A DNA stretch of 64,000 bases from Saprospiraceae bacterium (GTDB lineage: Bacteria; Bacteroidota; Bacteroidia; Chitinophagales; Saprospiraceae), in the NCBI GenBank assembly GCA_016715985.1, contig JADJXD010000005.1:13299-77298 (forward strand), given 5' to 3'. This document shows positions 29,007 through 38,054 of the stretch, one piece after another. The position numbers and the translations under genes are program-made. The notes under the pieces were generated by a model. That model made no database searches, was not told the origin of the DNA, and was given only the letters and a program-made list of their open reading frames with translations. Position 1 is the stretch's first letter, and every line of letters starts with the position of its first letter.

Positions 29007-29025
29007 TTACTTTTTTAGGTTTAAA

Positions 29026-29340
29026 TTATTCTCGCTTTTGTGGGATGTTCACCATCCAAACTATTGTTGACTCTTTTATCGGGGTTCCATCCCGGTTTAA
29101 GTAGCCTTGTATTTCGACCTTTGGTTTTTCCTTTGTGCCTTTATTTTTGAACACCCCAAAACCAACATCAGTCTGCGGTGAGCATAGGGCACATTGAGAA
29201 AAAAGGAGTACCAGCTGCACTGTGTCCAATTTGGTTGTGTCTTGCGTCAATGGCTCCGGGGTGCTTGGGCCTGATGGTTGTCCGTGTACGGAAATCGCTG
29301 AGAAAAGGATCAATAAAATAAATAGGTTTTTGAAATTCAT
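29026..29340 (-). CDS. small secreted protein
   Basis: Signal peptide MNFKNLFILLILFSAISVHGQ. Confidence 0.45.
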   Translation of the reverse strand: MNFKNLFILLILFSAISVHGQPSGPSTPEPLTQDTTKLDTVQLVLLFSQCALCSPQTDVGFGVFKNKGTKEKPKVEIQGYLNRDGTPIKESTIVWMVNIPQKRE

Positions 29341-29342
29341 AG

Positions 29343-29714
29343 TTAATTGTTTTTGGTTGTGTATAAATTCGGAAAACTCTTTTTGTGTACGCTCATGTAA
29401 ACCGGGATGTCTTTCTCTACATAATTTTGTAATCCCTTCATCCCTTTGTCCATGAAAATATTTTTAATCATTTCCTGATGTTCGACTTGCTCATGCTCCG
29501 TAACCGGATATTCAAACCACGGGATCACCCTTTCATTTTTCCAATACTCAATTCCGAGCGTCAATAGTTCAAATCCGGGAACCTTTAGAATCTTGGTTTT
29601 AAAGATTGGCTTTGGCAGTGCCTTTGCCAGCTCGTTTAAAACGGCCTTATTCTTCTTGTACTCTTTTAGGGAGTACTTTGGTTTCCATCCTTGCGTATTT
29701 ACTGCTGCCTCCAT
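29343..29714 (-). CDS. hypothetical protein
   Basis: 123-aa ORF. An unlisted 52-codon ORF (29699-29857) bridges the gap to the upstream gene. Confidence 0.4.
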   Translation of the reverse strand: MEAAVNTQGWKPKYSLKEYKKNKAVLNELAKALPKPIFKTKILKVPGFELLTLGIEYWKNERVIPWFEYPVTEHEQVEHQEMIKNIFMDKGMKGLQNYVEKDIPVYMSVHKKSFPNLYTTKNN

Positions 29715-29843
29715 ATCTTGTTTGGTAGATTTGCGATGTCGTGAATGAATGCTATGTCTCCATGTGGTTGTTCAAGGTTAATATCCCCATTGGTGAGATT
29801 GATTAACTCTTGTTCTTTTTTGGGGTTCTCGTCTGTGAAATTC

Positions 29844-30869
29844 TTAGGAACGTGCATTGTGGGAAGAAATTAGGTTAACAATTTGGGTAAATTTTGCTCT
29901 CATTATTGATTCCAATTTGTTTTGCCCCTCTTTTTGAAAAGGGTTTAATTCGAGTAATTGAGCCGTTACGGATTTCATGCCTACCCTCTTATAAATCTTC
30001 TTACCCCGTGCCTTTGCCTTTAACTCCGCTTCTCTTTCTTCGGGGCTGCTTGCCTCAAAAGTGGATTCAAAAAAATAGGCGTTCTCAGGTATTGATCTTA
30101 ACTCAGCGATATAACCTTGAAACCAGCGTTCTATCCAGTTGGCAGTTTGCCAGTCCACATCCTGAAATTCCAAAATCTTATTCGATAGCCAAATCTTAAA
30201 CTCATCCTCATCAATTGGAATCTCATCGCAATGAAGCAGTAACACAACTTCGGAGACGTACTTGGTGAACAATAACGCTGCATCCTTATCTGTGCCCTTG
30301 TTGTCCTTGTCGCTTCCAAGCCACGTTTCGTAATTGTTGTTTACCTGTATCGCCTCAATGGCTTGCTTGTACGTTACACTCTTATGGATGACGGCCCCTG
30401 TGATCGGGTGCTTGTCAACTTGTGGCATCGTGTACTCCCTTTCCTTAAACGTGATCTTTTCAGGCATTGGGTTTTGGTCGGCCTGATTAATCACGTTGGT
30501 TAGGTAAATCCAAATGTCAACAAGGCTTTTTTCCAATTGCTTTTGGTTTATGCCCTTGACTTGCTTTCCCAACTGATCCAGTTTGTTGAAGAAATCCGAC
30601 TCCTCCATTTCTAAGAAGTTGACTCCCTTCAAATTTAGGATAGTGCTTAGGTCAATGTCAAATGTTCGGCTCAATGCTTTGGCGATCGTTAAAAGGAAAC
30701 CTGCCCGGCTCTTAAATAAATTATCCTCATGCTTCTTTAAGTATGAGATCACTTCCATTTGTCCGAAATCAAAATCAATCTTTTGACTCAGTTTAAACTC
30801 GGTCGGATTCTCAGGAAGCGAAAATTTTAGGTGTGTTCCATCTGTCCTTTCGAGAGCGACTACCAGCAT
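29844..30869 (-). CDS. hypothetical protein
   Basis: 341-aa ORF abutting the upstream ORF. Confidence 0.45.
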   Translation of the reverse strand: MLVVALERTDGTHLKFSLPENPTEFKLSQKIDFDFGQMEVISYLKKHEDNLFKSRAGFLLTIAKALSRTFDIDLSTILNLKGVNFLEMEESDFFNKLDQLGKQVKGINQKQLEKSLVDIWIYLTNVINQADQNPMPEKITFKEREYTMPQVDKHPITGAVIHKSVTYKQAIEAIQVNNNYETWLGSDKDNKGTDKDAALLFTKYVSEVVLLLHCDEIPIDEDEFKIWLSNKILEFQDVDWQTANWIERWFQGYIAELRSIPENAYFFESTFEASSPEEREAELKAKARGKKIYKRVGMKSVTAQLLELNPFQKEGQNKLESIMRAKFTQIVNLISSHNARS

Positions 30870-31382
30870 TTATTTTAAATTGTTGAAGGCTGCTTTCAAG
30901 TCCTCAAATATCTCCTCATAGGTTTTGCCTTTAGAGTCAATGCCAAGTCCTGCCAGTTTCTTCTTGAACTGTGCCGGGGTTTTAAAGTTGGCTTTGGCTT
31001 TGTCCAGTCCATCGGTTACAAGATCGAGTATCTCGCTTTCGTTGGATGGGGTTTTGATCTCATCCTCTGTCAGTACCATTGGCTCCGGGTCTGCTGCCTT
31101 TGGTTGCTCCTTAACAGGTTCTGCAACCTTCCTCACTGTTTTTTTTTCAAAGTCTTCCTTTGAAAATTCAGCATTCGGGGGCATTGTTTTGCCGGATGGT
31201 GCTGTGGTGTGAATGGTCTTTTTTAATTTAAAAGACTTCTCTCGCTCAAATGAACGGTTGTTTTGTTGCACCAATGCAAAAAGGCCCTGCAAAAGGCCCT
31301 GTGTTTCTCCATTGTATGCTGTTGTGTCGATTAGGTTGTCGATGGCTGTAATGAGTGCAACCTTTGTCTTAATGTCTGACAT
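30870..31382 (-). CDS. hypothetical protein
   Basis: 170-aa ORF downstream of the terminase genes. Confidence 0.45.
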   Translation of the reverse strand: MSDIKTKVALITAIDNLIDTTAYNGETQGLLQGLFALVQQNNRSFEREKSFKLKKTIHTTAPSGKTMPPNAEFSKEDFEKKTVRKVAEPVKEQPKAADPEPMVLTEDEIKTPSNESEILDLVTDGLDKAKANFKTPAQFKKKLAGLGIDSKGKTYEEIFEDLKAAFNNLK

Positions 31383-31462
31383 TGCTAAATCGGTTTTGGT
31401 TACTAAATAAAGACCTGTAAATATAATGTAATTTTCCTAATATGTACCGTATTTTAACATAT

Positions 31463-32722
31463 TTATGCAGTCCAAAATTTCCGCTTTTGGGTTTTAACCT
31501 TCCGTGGGTTCACTCCCTTATTCAAAACAGCATGCCTGTTAAAGTAAGTCATTGCATCTAAAATATGGTTATCCTTATCAATAGGAACGTTTTTATCAAA
31601 TAACCCTGCCCTGTTTTTGTAGATGTAATTTCCCAGCTCATAAATGAAATTCTTTGATCCCTGCACTACCTCTATGCCAAGCTGGTTGTTGAGTTCAATG
31701 CCCTGCTTTACTGATCCGGGTGGCTTGTCTGCCGGAATAATGTTCCAGCCTTTTTTTGCCAGCCAGTCAATAGCGTCAAGGTTTGAGCTATCCGCGATGA
31801 TCGGATCGCTTTTGCCGACTCCAAACTGCGGTAACATTTCATCCAGCGAATAGGCGTTTATCCCGGTTTCGTAAATGAGTTCCTGACCCACAAACTTTAA
31901 ACTTCCTTTCCTGTTGCCACATCGAAGTAACACCAAAGGATCATTTGCAAAACCCCAATCTATTGAATAGCCAAAATTTGACAAGTCCTTGATGTCAGGA
32001 AAACGGTCTATGACTGTCCATTCCTGATACACCATCCCCTCAACTATGCCTGTGAGTCCAAGTCCGTACACCCTCCATTTGTTCTCCCAATAACTTGAAC
32101 CGGTTTGCTTCCATTTATGCCAGTAACCCTTGATCTGTTGCCGGGTTTTTTCCGGACAAAATTCGTTATCCAAAAAAGTGGAAACGAAACCTTTTGCCCG
32201 TTTATCGCTTAAGACTTCCGTATGCACCCAAAATTTTGCTGTTGGGTTATAGTCGATGTATGTGCGCTTTTTTGTCCGTTGTTCAATTTCAAAATAAATC
32301 TCGTAGGGAATGCCGTTTGCCTCGTTAAAGAATGAGTAATCCCGTTTACCGTTCTTGGCATCCTGAGCCGAGTCAAAGGAAACAAACTCAATGAGCGATC
32401 CGTTTTTAAACTCGTATGGCCCTTCCTTAGCCTTTGGGTTGGTTAGAAAGAGTCTGAACGCTGGATTGTTCGCTATTAGATTTCGGAAGTCTCTGAGTGC
32501 CCCACGTTTCAAATTGGGCATATCCTGCCCAACGATGGTAATTTGACTGCCCGGTTCAAAGACCGCTATGCTTCCAAGTTCTTGAAGGATTGAAACTGTC
32601 TTACTGCTTGAAGTGCCGCCCTGTGCGACAATGATTTCGTATTCTCTTAAACTTCTTAAGATGTGGAAAACAGATGTAACTGTTTCCCATAAAACTAACC
32701 TGTCATAATTGGCCCCATTCAC
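31463..32722 (-). CDS. terminase large subunit
   Basis: Walker A-like AQGGTSSSKT, followed by FFNEANG, IDYNPT and DNHILDAMTY, as in PBSX/Terminase_3-type TerL. Confidence 0.8.
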   Translation of the reverse strand: MNGANYDRLVLWETVTSVFHILRSLREYEIIVAQGGTSSSKTVSILQELGSIAVFEPGSQITIVGQDMPNLKRGALRDFRNLIANNPAFRLFLTNPKAKEGPYEFKNGSLIEFVSFDSAQDAKNGKRDYSFFNEANGIPYEIYFEIEQRTKKRTYIDYNPTAKFWVHTEVLSDKRAKGFVSTFLDNEFCPEKTRQQIKGYWHKWKQTGSSYWENKWRVYGLGLTGIVEGMVYQEWTVIDRFPDIKDLSNFGYSIDWGFANDPLVLLRCGNRKGSLKFVGQELIYETGINAYSLDEMLPQFGVGKSDPIIADSSNLDAIDWLAKKGWNIIPADKPPGSVKQGIELNNQLGIEVVQGSKNFIYELGNYIYKNRAGLFDKNVPIDKDNHILDAMTYFNRHAVLNKGVNPRKVKTQKRKFWTA

Positions 32723-33216
32723 TCAATTGGTTTTATGGTTGGGGTGGATGATGGGAGCTGCTTTGTGGCCTCATAGATATTGCCATTCTTAGCCAGCTCT
32801 ATAAGTTCACCAGTTACGTTTATGTTTTGATTGGTTGGGGCGTTCCATCCGAAGAACTCGGCTGCTTGTTTGCCTGCCTGTAACTTATCCCTAAATGATG
32901 GATATTTGCCGTTGGTGTCAGGTTCGCCATCCCAAATTTGCTTTAACCCTGCGATGTAGTCCATTTGGGAAAATAGTTCGGCCATTCTTTCCCTCTCGGC
33001 TGGTCGTGTTTCCTTTCTGAATGCTTGGTCGTGGAGTTTGTCTATTTCAGTCCTAACAGCTTCGTAATGAGTGTCATAAGTCAGTTTGGCTAATTTTATA
33101 CCCTGTTCGGCTAATATCTTTCTTTGTCCTACTTTAGATTGATAGTCAGGGTTTGTTCTGTTATCATAAAGTATTCGGGCTAATTGCTTTATATCTATCT
33201 TGGTAGCGACTGCCAT
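32719..33216 (-). CDS. terminase small subunit candidate
   Basis: 165 aa with a 4-nt overlap with terL. It is the first gene behind a strong promoter-like box. Confidence 0.45.
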   Translation of the reverse strand: MAVATKIDIKQLARILYDNRTNPDYQSKVGQRKILAEQGIKLAKLTYDTHYEAVRTEIDKLHDQAFRKETRPAERERMAELFSQMDYIAGLKQIWDGEPDTNGKYPSFRDKLQAGKQAAEFFGWNAPTNQNINVTGELIELAKNGNIYEATKQLPSSTPTIKPIE

Positions 33217-33223
33217 ATTTTAG

Positions 33224-33252
33224 CAAATATACAATTTATTCTAATATGTTCC
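33224..33252 (-). promoter_or_regulatory. Bacteroidota-type promoter candidate
   Basis: Minus strand: GGAACATATTAGAATAAATTGTATATTTG. The TAnnTTTG -7 box ends 8 nt before the ATG. Confidence 0.5.
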
Positions 33253-33340
33253 ACGTGGAACGGTTATATTATTGGGGTAACTATATACTTATTCATCCTG
33301 AACCATATTTCTTCACTTCAAAGGCGATGTTGTTTTTTTT

Positions 33341-34186
33341 TTAAAACGCCTCACAACTCTCTGCACATCCGTCAATCTTCTCCCTTTTAGCCATCTTAAC
33401 TATCTCGTGTATCGGCATTGATGATAAAATCAAAATGTCTTTTGGTGAAAGATTACCACGGTAAAAGTTAAACGGTGGGTTTAAATCCGTATTTCGAGGA
33501 TTAAAATAACCATATTTATCAGTCATTGATTGCCACCACTCGAAAGATTTAGGGTTCCGTACCATATTCCTACACAATCTTAAAATATCTTTCTTCCAAC
33601 AATTTATGCAATTTCCTTCGTCTCCGTGTATATTTAAATCGAAATCTTGAGCACCCCACCACGAACTGATAAAACTTTTATCAACGGGATTCAAATCAAT
33701 CAAAGGATACAAGATTTTGTCTTTTTTGTGGCTTGCACTTTTCCTGCCCTCTTCGTCTTTTCTAATACCAATTGCAACATGATAACCTGCCCAACCAAGT
33801 TTTCTTGCAAATGCTTTAATTGTTCTTTGTTTCAATATTGTAGAACAGAACGGGGTATTTGTAGAAGGGATACCAACTTTTGAAATCATTTCTTCAAAAG
33901 GTTCCCCTTTCCGTGAAGCGGTGTTATAAGAAACAATTTTTGGGTTAACCCGCCACCCTTTTTCAGAACCAGCTCTATATTCCACCCAAAAAATAGGAAT
34001 GTTCCATTCAAGCGAACACTCATCTATGAAAAGCAAAGTGCCCTCTGCTTCCAATCCCGTATTTGCAAATACAACTTTTATGTCCCACTCTTGTCTTTCT
34101 TCCCACTCATTGAATAACCACCATAGCATATAAGCGGACGTTCTGCCTCCGCTAAATGAAACTAATAATTGTTTCTTTTTACTCAT
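33341..34186 (-). CDS. PP-loop ATP pyrophosphatase / PAPS-reductase-like protein
   Basis: [11 protein letters not shown] (a variant of the SGGxDS PP-loop), CxxC (NCINCW) and a C-terminal GCAESCEAF cysteine cluster. Confidence 0.65.
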   Translation of the reverse strand: MSKKKQLLVSFSGGRTSAYMLWWLFNEWEERQEWDIKVVFANTGLEAEGTLLFIDECSLEWNIPIFWVEYRAGSEKGWRVNPKIVSYNTASRKGEPFEEMISKVGIPSTNTPFCSTILKQRTIKAFARKLGWAGYHVAIGIRKDEEGRKSASHKKDKILYPLIDLNPVDKSFISSWWGAQDFDLNIHGDEGNCINCWKKDILRLCRNMVRNPKSFEWWQSMTDKYGYFNPRNTDLNPPFNFYRGNLSPKDILILSSMPIHEIVKMAKREKIDGCAESCEAF

Positions 34187-34206
34187 TTCCCACCTTTTTA
34201 GTACTT

Positions 34207-34214
34207 CAAATATA
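34207..34214 (-). promoter_or_regulatory. -7 box TATATTTG inside the cassette
   Basis: Lies 20 nt upstream of the ATG at 34186. Confidence 0.4.
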
Positions 34215-34249
34215 AGTCATTTTCGCTTTAAAAACAAATATGTTTTGAT

Positions 34250-34981
34250 TTATTTTACCCTATATTTGTTAAATATTTTAACAGGATGAATAAGTATATA
34301 GTTACCATATTTTTTTCTTACATCTGCAATTGCTTTTTGTTCGTCTCCTTCGTGTCGAGCAAGGCAATTCCAATAAAGCTGTCCTGTTTCCCAATCTTCA
34401 ATCATCATATTACTCTCTTTTCCTTGATTGTCGATTATTTTAAACTTGAATTTGTAAGGTAGTTTCTGAACAACCTCAAATTTACCTTCTTGATTAGTTT
34501 CAAATAAATTGAGTTGGTTCAACTTAGCTAATTTGTCTTTGTCCCATTCTCTTTCAACTGGCTCTGCGTAGAAATCCAAAATCTCTGTTGGTTTAAATAC
34601 TGCCAATGATGTGCAAATATTTTTGTCCTTGGCTTCTGCTATCAATTCAGTTAGGTTGTAATAAATTTTCCCTAAGCAGATTTTCTTGCGTTCTTCCCAA
34701 TTACTTTTGGTGTCAATGTGTCCAACTACATTTATCTCTGTGTCAATACTTTTAGGTCGATAACTTTCAGGACGGAAATCGCTTGTGTTTTTTACCAAAT
34801 CAACTTCAATCCAATCATATTTTTTGTATTGTTCGTTATATGACTTTTTTCGGAACGGAACAGGGTAAAGACGTATCCAAGTCCCATCTTCACGAAACCC
34901 TGCTGTGCAAACCAATTCATCATATTTTGCCGAAAGTGTTGGATAAGTCTTTACAGTAATGAGAACTTTTGTTAGTGCCAT
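34250..34981 (-). CDS. uncharacterised 243-aa protein; its last 18 codons lie inside the inverted-repeat cassette
   Basis: Starts with MALTKVLITVKTYPTLSAKYDELVCTAGF. Its ATG lies 2 nt after the stop of the reconstructed DUF488 gene. The right inverted repeat encodes GNYILIHP. Confidence 0.5.
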   Translation of the reverse strand: MALTKVLITVKTYPTLSAKYDELVCTAGFREDGTWIRLYPVPFRKKSYNEQYKKYDWIEVDLVKNTSDFRPESYRPKSIDTEINVVGHIDTKSNWEERKKICLGKIYYNLTELIAEAKDKNICTSLAVFKPTEILDFYAEPVEREWDKDKLAKLNQLNLFETNQEGKFEVVQKLPYKFKFKIIDNQGKESNMMIEDWETGQLYWNCLARHEGDEQKAIADVRKKYGNYILIHPVKIFNKYRVK

Positions 34982-35114
34982 TTTTAAATATGTTTTACTT
35001 CATAGTCAAATGCAGGAAGTTTTTCTATGGCTTCTGCTAAATGTTTACGATGGCACTGGCAAATATTAGCTTCAAAACAAGTTAGGGCAATACGCTTGTG
35101 TTCTTTCAATAAAT

Positions 35115-35867
35115 CTAATATGTGTAATTGTGAATTGGTTGTTTTGGATAGATTGTTTTTACGGTAAATGGAAAAAGTTTATCGTAATCGCTTTGTGTAT
35201 TTAATTCTTGTCTTTGTTCTGATTGTATGCCAACTTCAGGAATATGAACATACTGTATGCCTAAGCTTCCGCAATATTTTTTTAACTGACTTTTGCTAAA
35301 GCCAAATTTCATACTTAATGGATTGTTCCGTACATCAACCAAAACTTTAACATCATTTTTAAGCAAACGAACCAAATATTCTTCCAACGAAATACCTTCA
35401 TAACCAATAGTAAAAAGCACGGTCTTATTTGCTCTTGGTTTGGACTTGTTTACTTTTTCCAACTCCTCTTTTGTTAAGATGTTTTCGGCAGCTTCACTCT
35501 TGATGGCGTAAAAAGGGAAATTCAAGTAAGTGTGTTTCATTAAAGCCGTTGCACTCAATTTGCCATAATGAGTTTTTACTTCCTGCAATAGTTTCAAGTC
35601 GGCAGGTTTTAGTTGTTTCAGGTAATCGGTTGAGTCTTTTTTTGTAAAGGACTTTTCATCTTCTGTTAAAAATCCTCTTGTTACCATTGCGGTCATATCT
35701 GCATTTGCAGAATAAGAGTAACAACCGAAGCGATAGGGAATAAAATCGTATTCACTTTTTACCTGTCTTTGGGTAAAAAAGAAAAGTAGTTTCTGTAAAC
35801 GAATTTTATCTAATTGTCCGTCAAACAGTTGCAGTATTGCGAGTATTATTTTTCTTCGGTAAAACAC
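35115..35867 (-). CDS. winged-helix (YwgA/Panacea-like) N-domain fused to a DUF488 domain; 3' end frameshifted
   Basis: DUF488-like TIGYEG.SLEEY...DVRNNP.S.KFGFSK. The conserved C-terminus (RIALTCFEANICQCHRKHLAEAI..) reads in another frame down to the stop at 34984-34986. The switch is at the A5 run at 35172-35176. Confidence 0.55.
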   Translation of the reverse strand: MFYRRKIILAILQLFDGQLDKIRLQKLLFFFTQRQVKSEYDFIPYRFGCYSYSANADMTAMVTRGFLTEDEKSFTKKDSTDYLKQLKPADLKLLQEVKTHYGKLSATALMKHTYLNFPFYAIKSEAAENILTKEELEKVNKSKPRANKTVLFTIGYEGISLEEYLVRLLKNDVKVLVDVRNNPLSMKFGFSKSQLKKYCGSLGIQYVHIPEVGIQSEQRQELNTQSDYDKLFPFTVKTIYPKQPIHNYTY

Positions 35868-35961
35868 TGTGCAAAGTTAAGAATATTAAATTATTGATTG
35901 TATTTAATTGAGCTTTTTCCTTTAACCTAAAATTGTTAATAGCGGACTTGTTTATTTTCCT

Positions 35962-36792
35962 TTAAACATTTCGCTTATTAAATATCCAATTAGTAAACGC
36001 CCCTACTGCCAAAGCGGCATTAACAATTTCATCTGTATTCGATTTATTTCCGTTGGCTAAATACTCATTATACTGATTTTGAGAAATTTTTCCATTTCTG
36101 TATAAGATAAGCATATACTCGTCTTTTTCTTGCTTTGTGGCAAGTCCTGCTCTAAGTCTGTCACCTAAGTAGGAAAGTCTTTGAAAGTCTAATAGGTTCT
36201 TTTGTGAAAAGTATGTTGGTCGTGGCTCTGCAGCAATGGCTAAATCTTCTTGTTTTACTTCAATTGTTTTTGGCTGCAATGCTTCTTTTAATGCCGTTTG
36301 GTAAAGCAAGGTTGTATATTCCTGATTGACTTTTACGCTTGTTTCCAATTCATCACACAAATTCATTAATTCCTCTATTTTGGAAACTATGCGTTTTTGT
36401 TCTGATAATGGTGGAAATGCAATGAAAAATTCGACTAAATCTCTTTGATATAAATGGGGTGTTGTTGCCCCCATAATTCTAGAATTAACTATTTTCTGAA
36501 AATGCTCGCTTAATAAATAATAATAAAGGAATTTTAATTGAACTTGCTTTGATGGTCGAATTAGAAGTAAAGATGAGTTTATTGTAGCGGGCTCCTGCAA
36601 ATCTTTAATTATTCCAAGTTTTCCTATACCCGCACCATCCTTACATATCAAAATATCACCATTTCTAAGCATTATCTCAGGACTCTCGTCATATCTCTCT
36701 TTTGAAATATGATAAGCCTGTGAATAATCAACGTAATCTCCATAGTTAAGTGAATAAACGGATAAAAAAGTGGGCCATTTTTTTGTATTCAC
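35962..36792 (-). CDS. hsdS: Type I R-M specificity subunit HsdS, C-terminal fragment
   Basis: Conserved region LSEQKRIVSKIEELMNLCDELE. Joins the upstream fragment if the T7 run (36778-36784) is shortened by one base. Confidence 0.8.
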   Translation of the reverse strand: MNTKKWPTFLSVYSLNYGDYVDYSQAYHISKERYDESPEIMLRNGDILICKDGAGIGKLGIIKDLQEPATINSSLLLIRPSKQVQLKFLYYYLLSEHFQKIVNSRIMGATTPHLYQRDLVEFFIAFPPLSEQKRIVSKIEELMNLCDELETSVKVNQEYTTLLYQTALKEALQPKTIEVKQEDLAIAAEPRPTYFSQKNLLDFQRLSYLGDRLRAGLATKQEKDEYMLILYRNGKISQNQYNEYLANGNKSNTDEIVNAALAVGAFTNWIFNKRNV

Positions 36793-37474
36793 TTGCTGTC
36801 AGTCCTTTCCAACCAATTCTACCATTCAATTCTGCAATTTCTCCAAGTCTGCACCAAGACCAGTTTGAAGGAGTTTTAAATGGAACATCAGCCAAATTTA
36901 TTTTGGGTAATGCTTTCTCTTTTTTGCCTGATTTTGCCTTCTCTACTTTTATCTTTTCAAGAAGTTTTGATGCTGGTTCGTCTTTTGGGTTTTGGGGAAC
37001 TAATTTACCTTGCATTGCATCTTTCAAAATCTGCTGTCGCAGTTTTTTGATTAACTCTAACTGGTGTGATTGTTCATTTATTAATTCATCCTTATATGAA
37101 TTACCCACTATGAACTTTGATTTAACTTCAAGTTGTTGTTTAATGTCAAAATATGGCAGACGATAATTTCCAAAAGACTTTAATCCAATTGCTTCTTTTG
37201 ATGTTCCTGCTTTAGTGTTTCTTACAATATCATCTTTCAAAACATTGAAAATAATATGATAAAATTGCAAGTCAATTGGATATTTCTCTTCATTCTTTGG
37301 GGTAAGAATAAAGCACAAATCGCTTGATATAAACTTGCCATTTACATAATGCGTTCTGCCTAATGAACCTGATGCAGCAGCAGCAAAAATTAATGCTTCA
37401 CAGTCATATACATATTCATTATGAGTTTTCCATTCAGAAGAAGCTGTAATGAAAGTGTATTTCCTGGTATGCAC
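36746..37474 (-). CDS. hsdS: Type I R-M specificity subunit HsdS, N-terminal and central fragment
   Basis: FITASSEWKTHNEY..ASGSLGRTHYVNGKFISSDLCFIL is a known TRD type. The true ATG at 37535 overlaps the hsdM stop and is out of frame by 1 nt near 37460-37462. Confidence 0.8.
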   Translation of the reverse strand: MHTRKYTFITASSEWKTHNEYVYDCEALIFAAAASGSLGRTHYVNGKFISSDLCFILTPKNEEKYPIDLQFYHIIFNVLKDDIVRNTKAGTSKEAIGLKSFGNYRLPYFDIKQQLEVKSKFIVGNSYKDELINEQSHQLELIKKLRQQILKDAMQGKLVPQNPKDEPASKLLEKIKVEKAKSGKKEKALPKINLADVPFKTPSNWSWCRLGEIAELNGRIGWKGLTASEYKKMAHFFIRLFT

Positions 37475-37532
37475 TTAGAACTTTGTAAAGTCCCTTTTTC
37501 AAACTGAAATAAATCTGATATTGGAACCAAAC

Positions 37533-38054
37533 TCATTTAACCGCCTGTTTTAATTGGTTCAACAAGTTATTGCTTTTAGCAAAACTCTTATCTAAAAGTT
37601 GCATCAATTCCTGTGTGTTGTTTTCGTGTTCTTCCTCTTGTTTGGTGGGGTTCTTAATATCCAAATCATAATTACGCTCAATAATGGTTTTGATATTTAC
37701 TTTCCAAGCTACCTCACTTTCTTTGCGTTTGTTCCACCATTTTTTAATCGGTTCAAGCTCTTTTATTTGAATTGGTTTAGTTTTGCTATATGCCTTTTGT
37801 CCTACAGGTAAACGATGTTCATAATACCAAATGTCTTTAGTAGATTTTCCTTTTTCAAAAAACAATAAGTTGGTTGCAACCGTTGCATAAGGTTGAAAAA
37901 CTGAATTTGGCAACCTAATAATCGTGTGTAGATTGCAATCTTTTAATAATTTCTCCCTAATTCTTTGTTTTACACCTTCACCTGTTAAACTCCCATCAGG
38001 TAAAACAATTCCTGCTCGTCCTTCATTTTTCAAAAGATGAATCATCAAAATCAA
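37533..38054 (-). CDS. hsdM: Type I R-M methyltransferase HsdM, C-terminal fragment
   Basis: LKNEGRAGIVLPDGSL.GEGV...IREKLL..CNLHTIIRLP. In frame with the upstream fragment if one base is added to the A4 run at 38053-38056. Confidence 0.85.
   Translation of the reverse strand: MILMIHLLKNEGRAGIVLPDGSLTGEGVKQRIREKLLKDCNLHTIIRLPNSVFQPYATVATNLLFFEKGKSTKDIWYYEHRLPVGQKAYSKTKPIQIKELEPIKKWWNKRKESEVAWKVNIKTIIERNYDLDIKNPTKQEEEHENNTQELMQLLDKSFAKSNNLLNQLKQAVK

Larger units (their letters stand above)
33276..34306. mobile_element. 1031-bp cassette bounded by perfect 25-bp inverted repeats (GGTAACTATATACTTATTCATCCTG)
   Basis: Left repeat 33276-33300, right repeat 34282-34306. The 18-nt core is shared with the ends of the element at 52442-53038. 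No flanking direct repeat. Confidence 0.5.

Noticed and set aside
35962-37535. Phase-variable hsdS through slippage in the A7/T7 tract.
   Set aside because: The same kind of 1-nt homopolymer disruption affects unrelated genes, including structural genes and both repeat copies reciprocally. A sequencing artefact is the simpler explanation, and 7 nt is short for a contingency tract.
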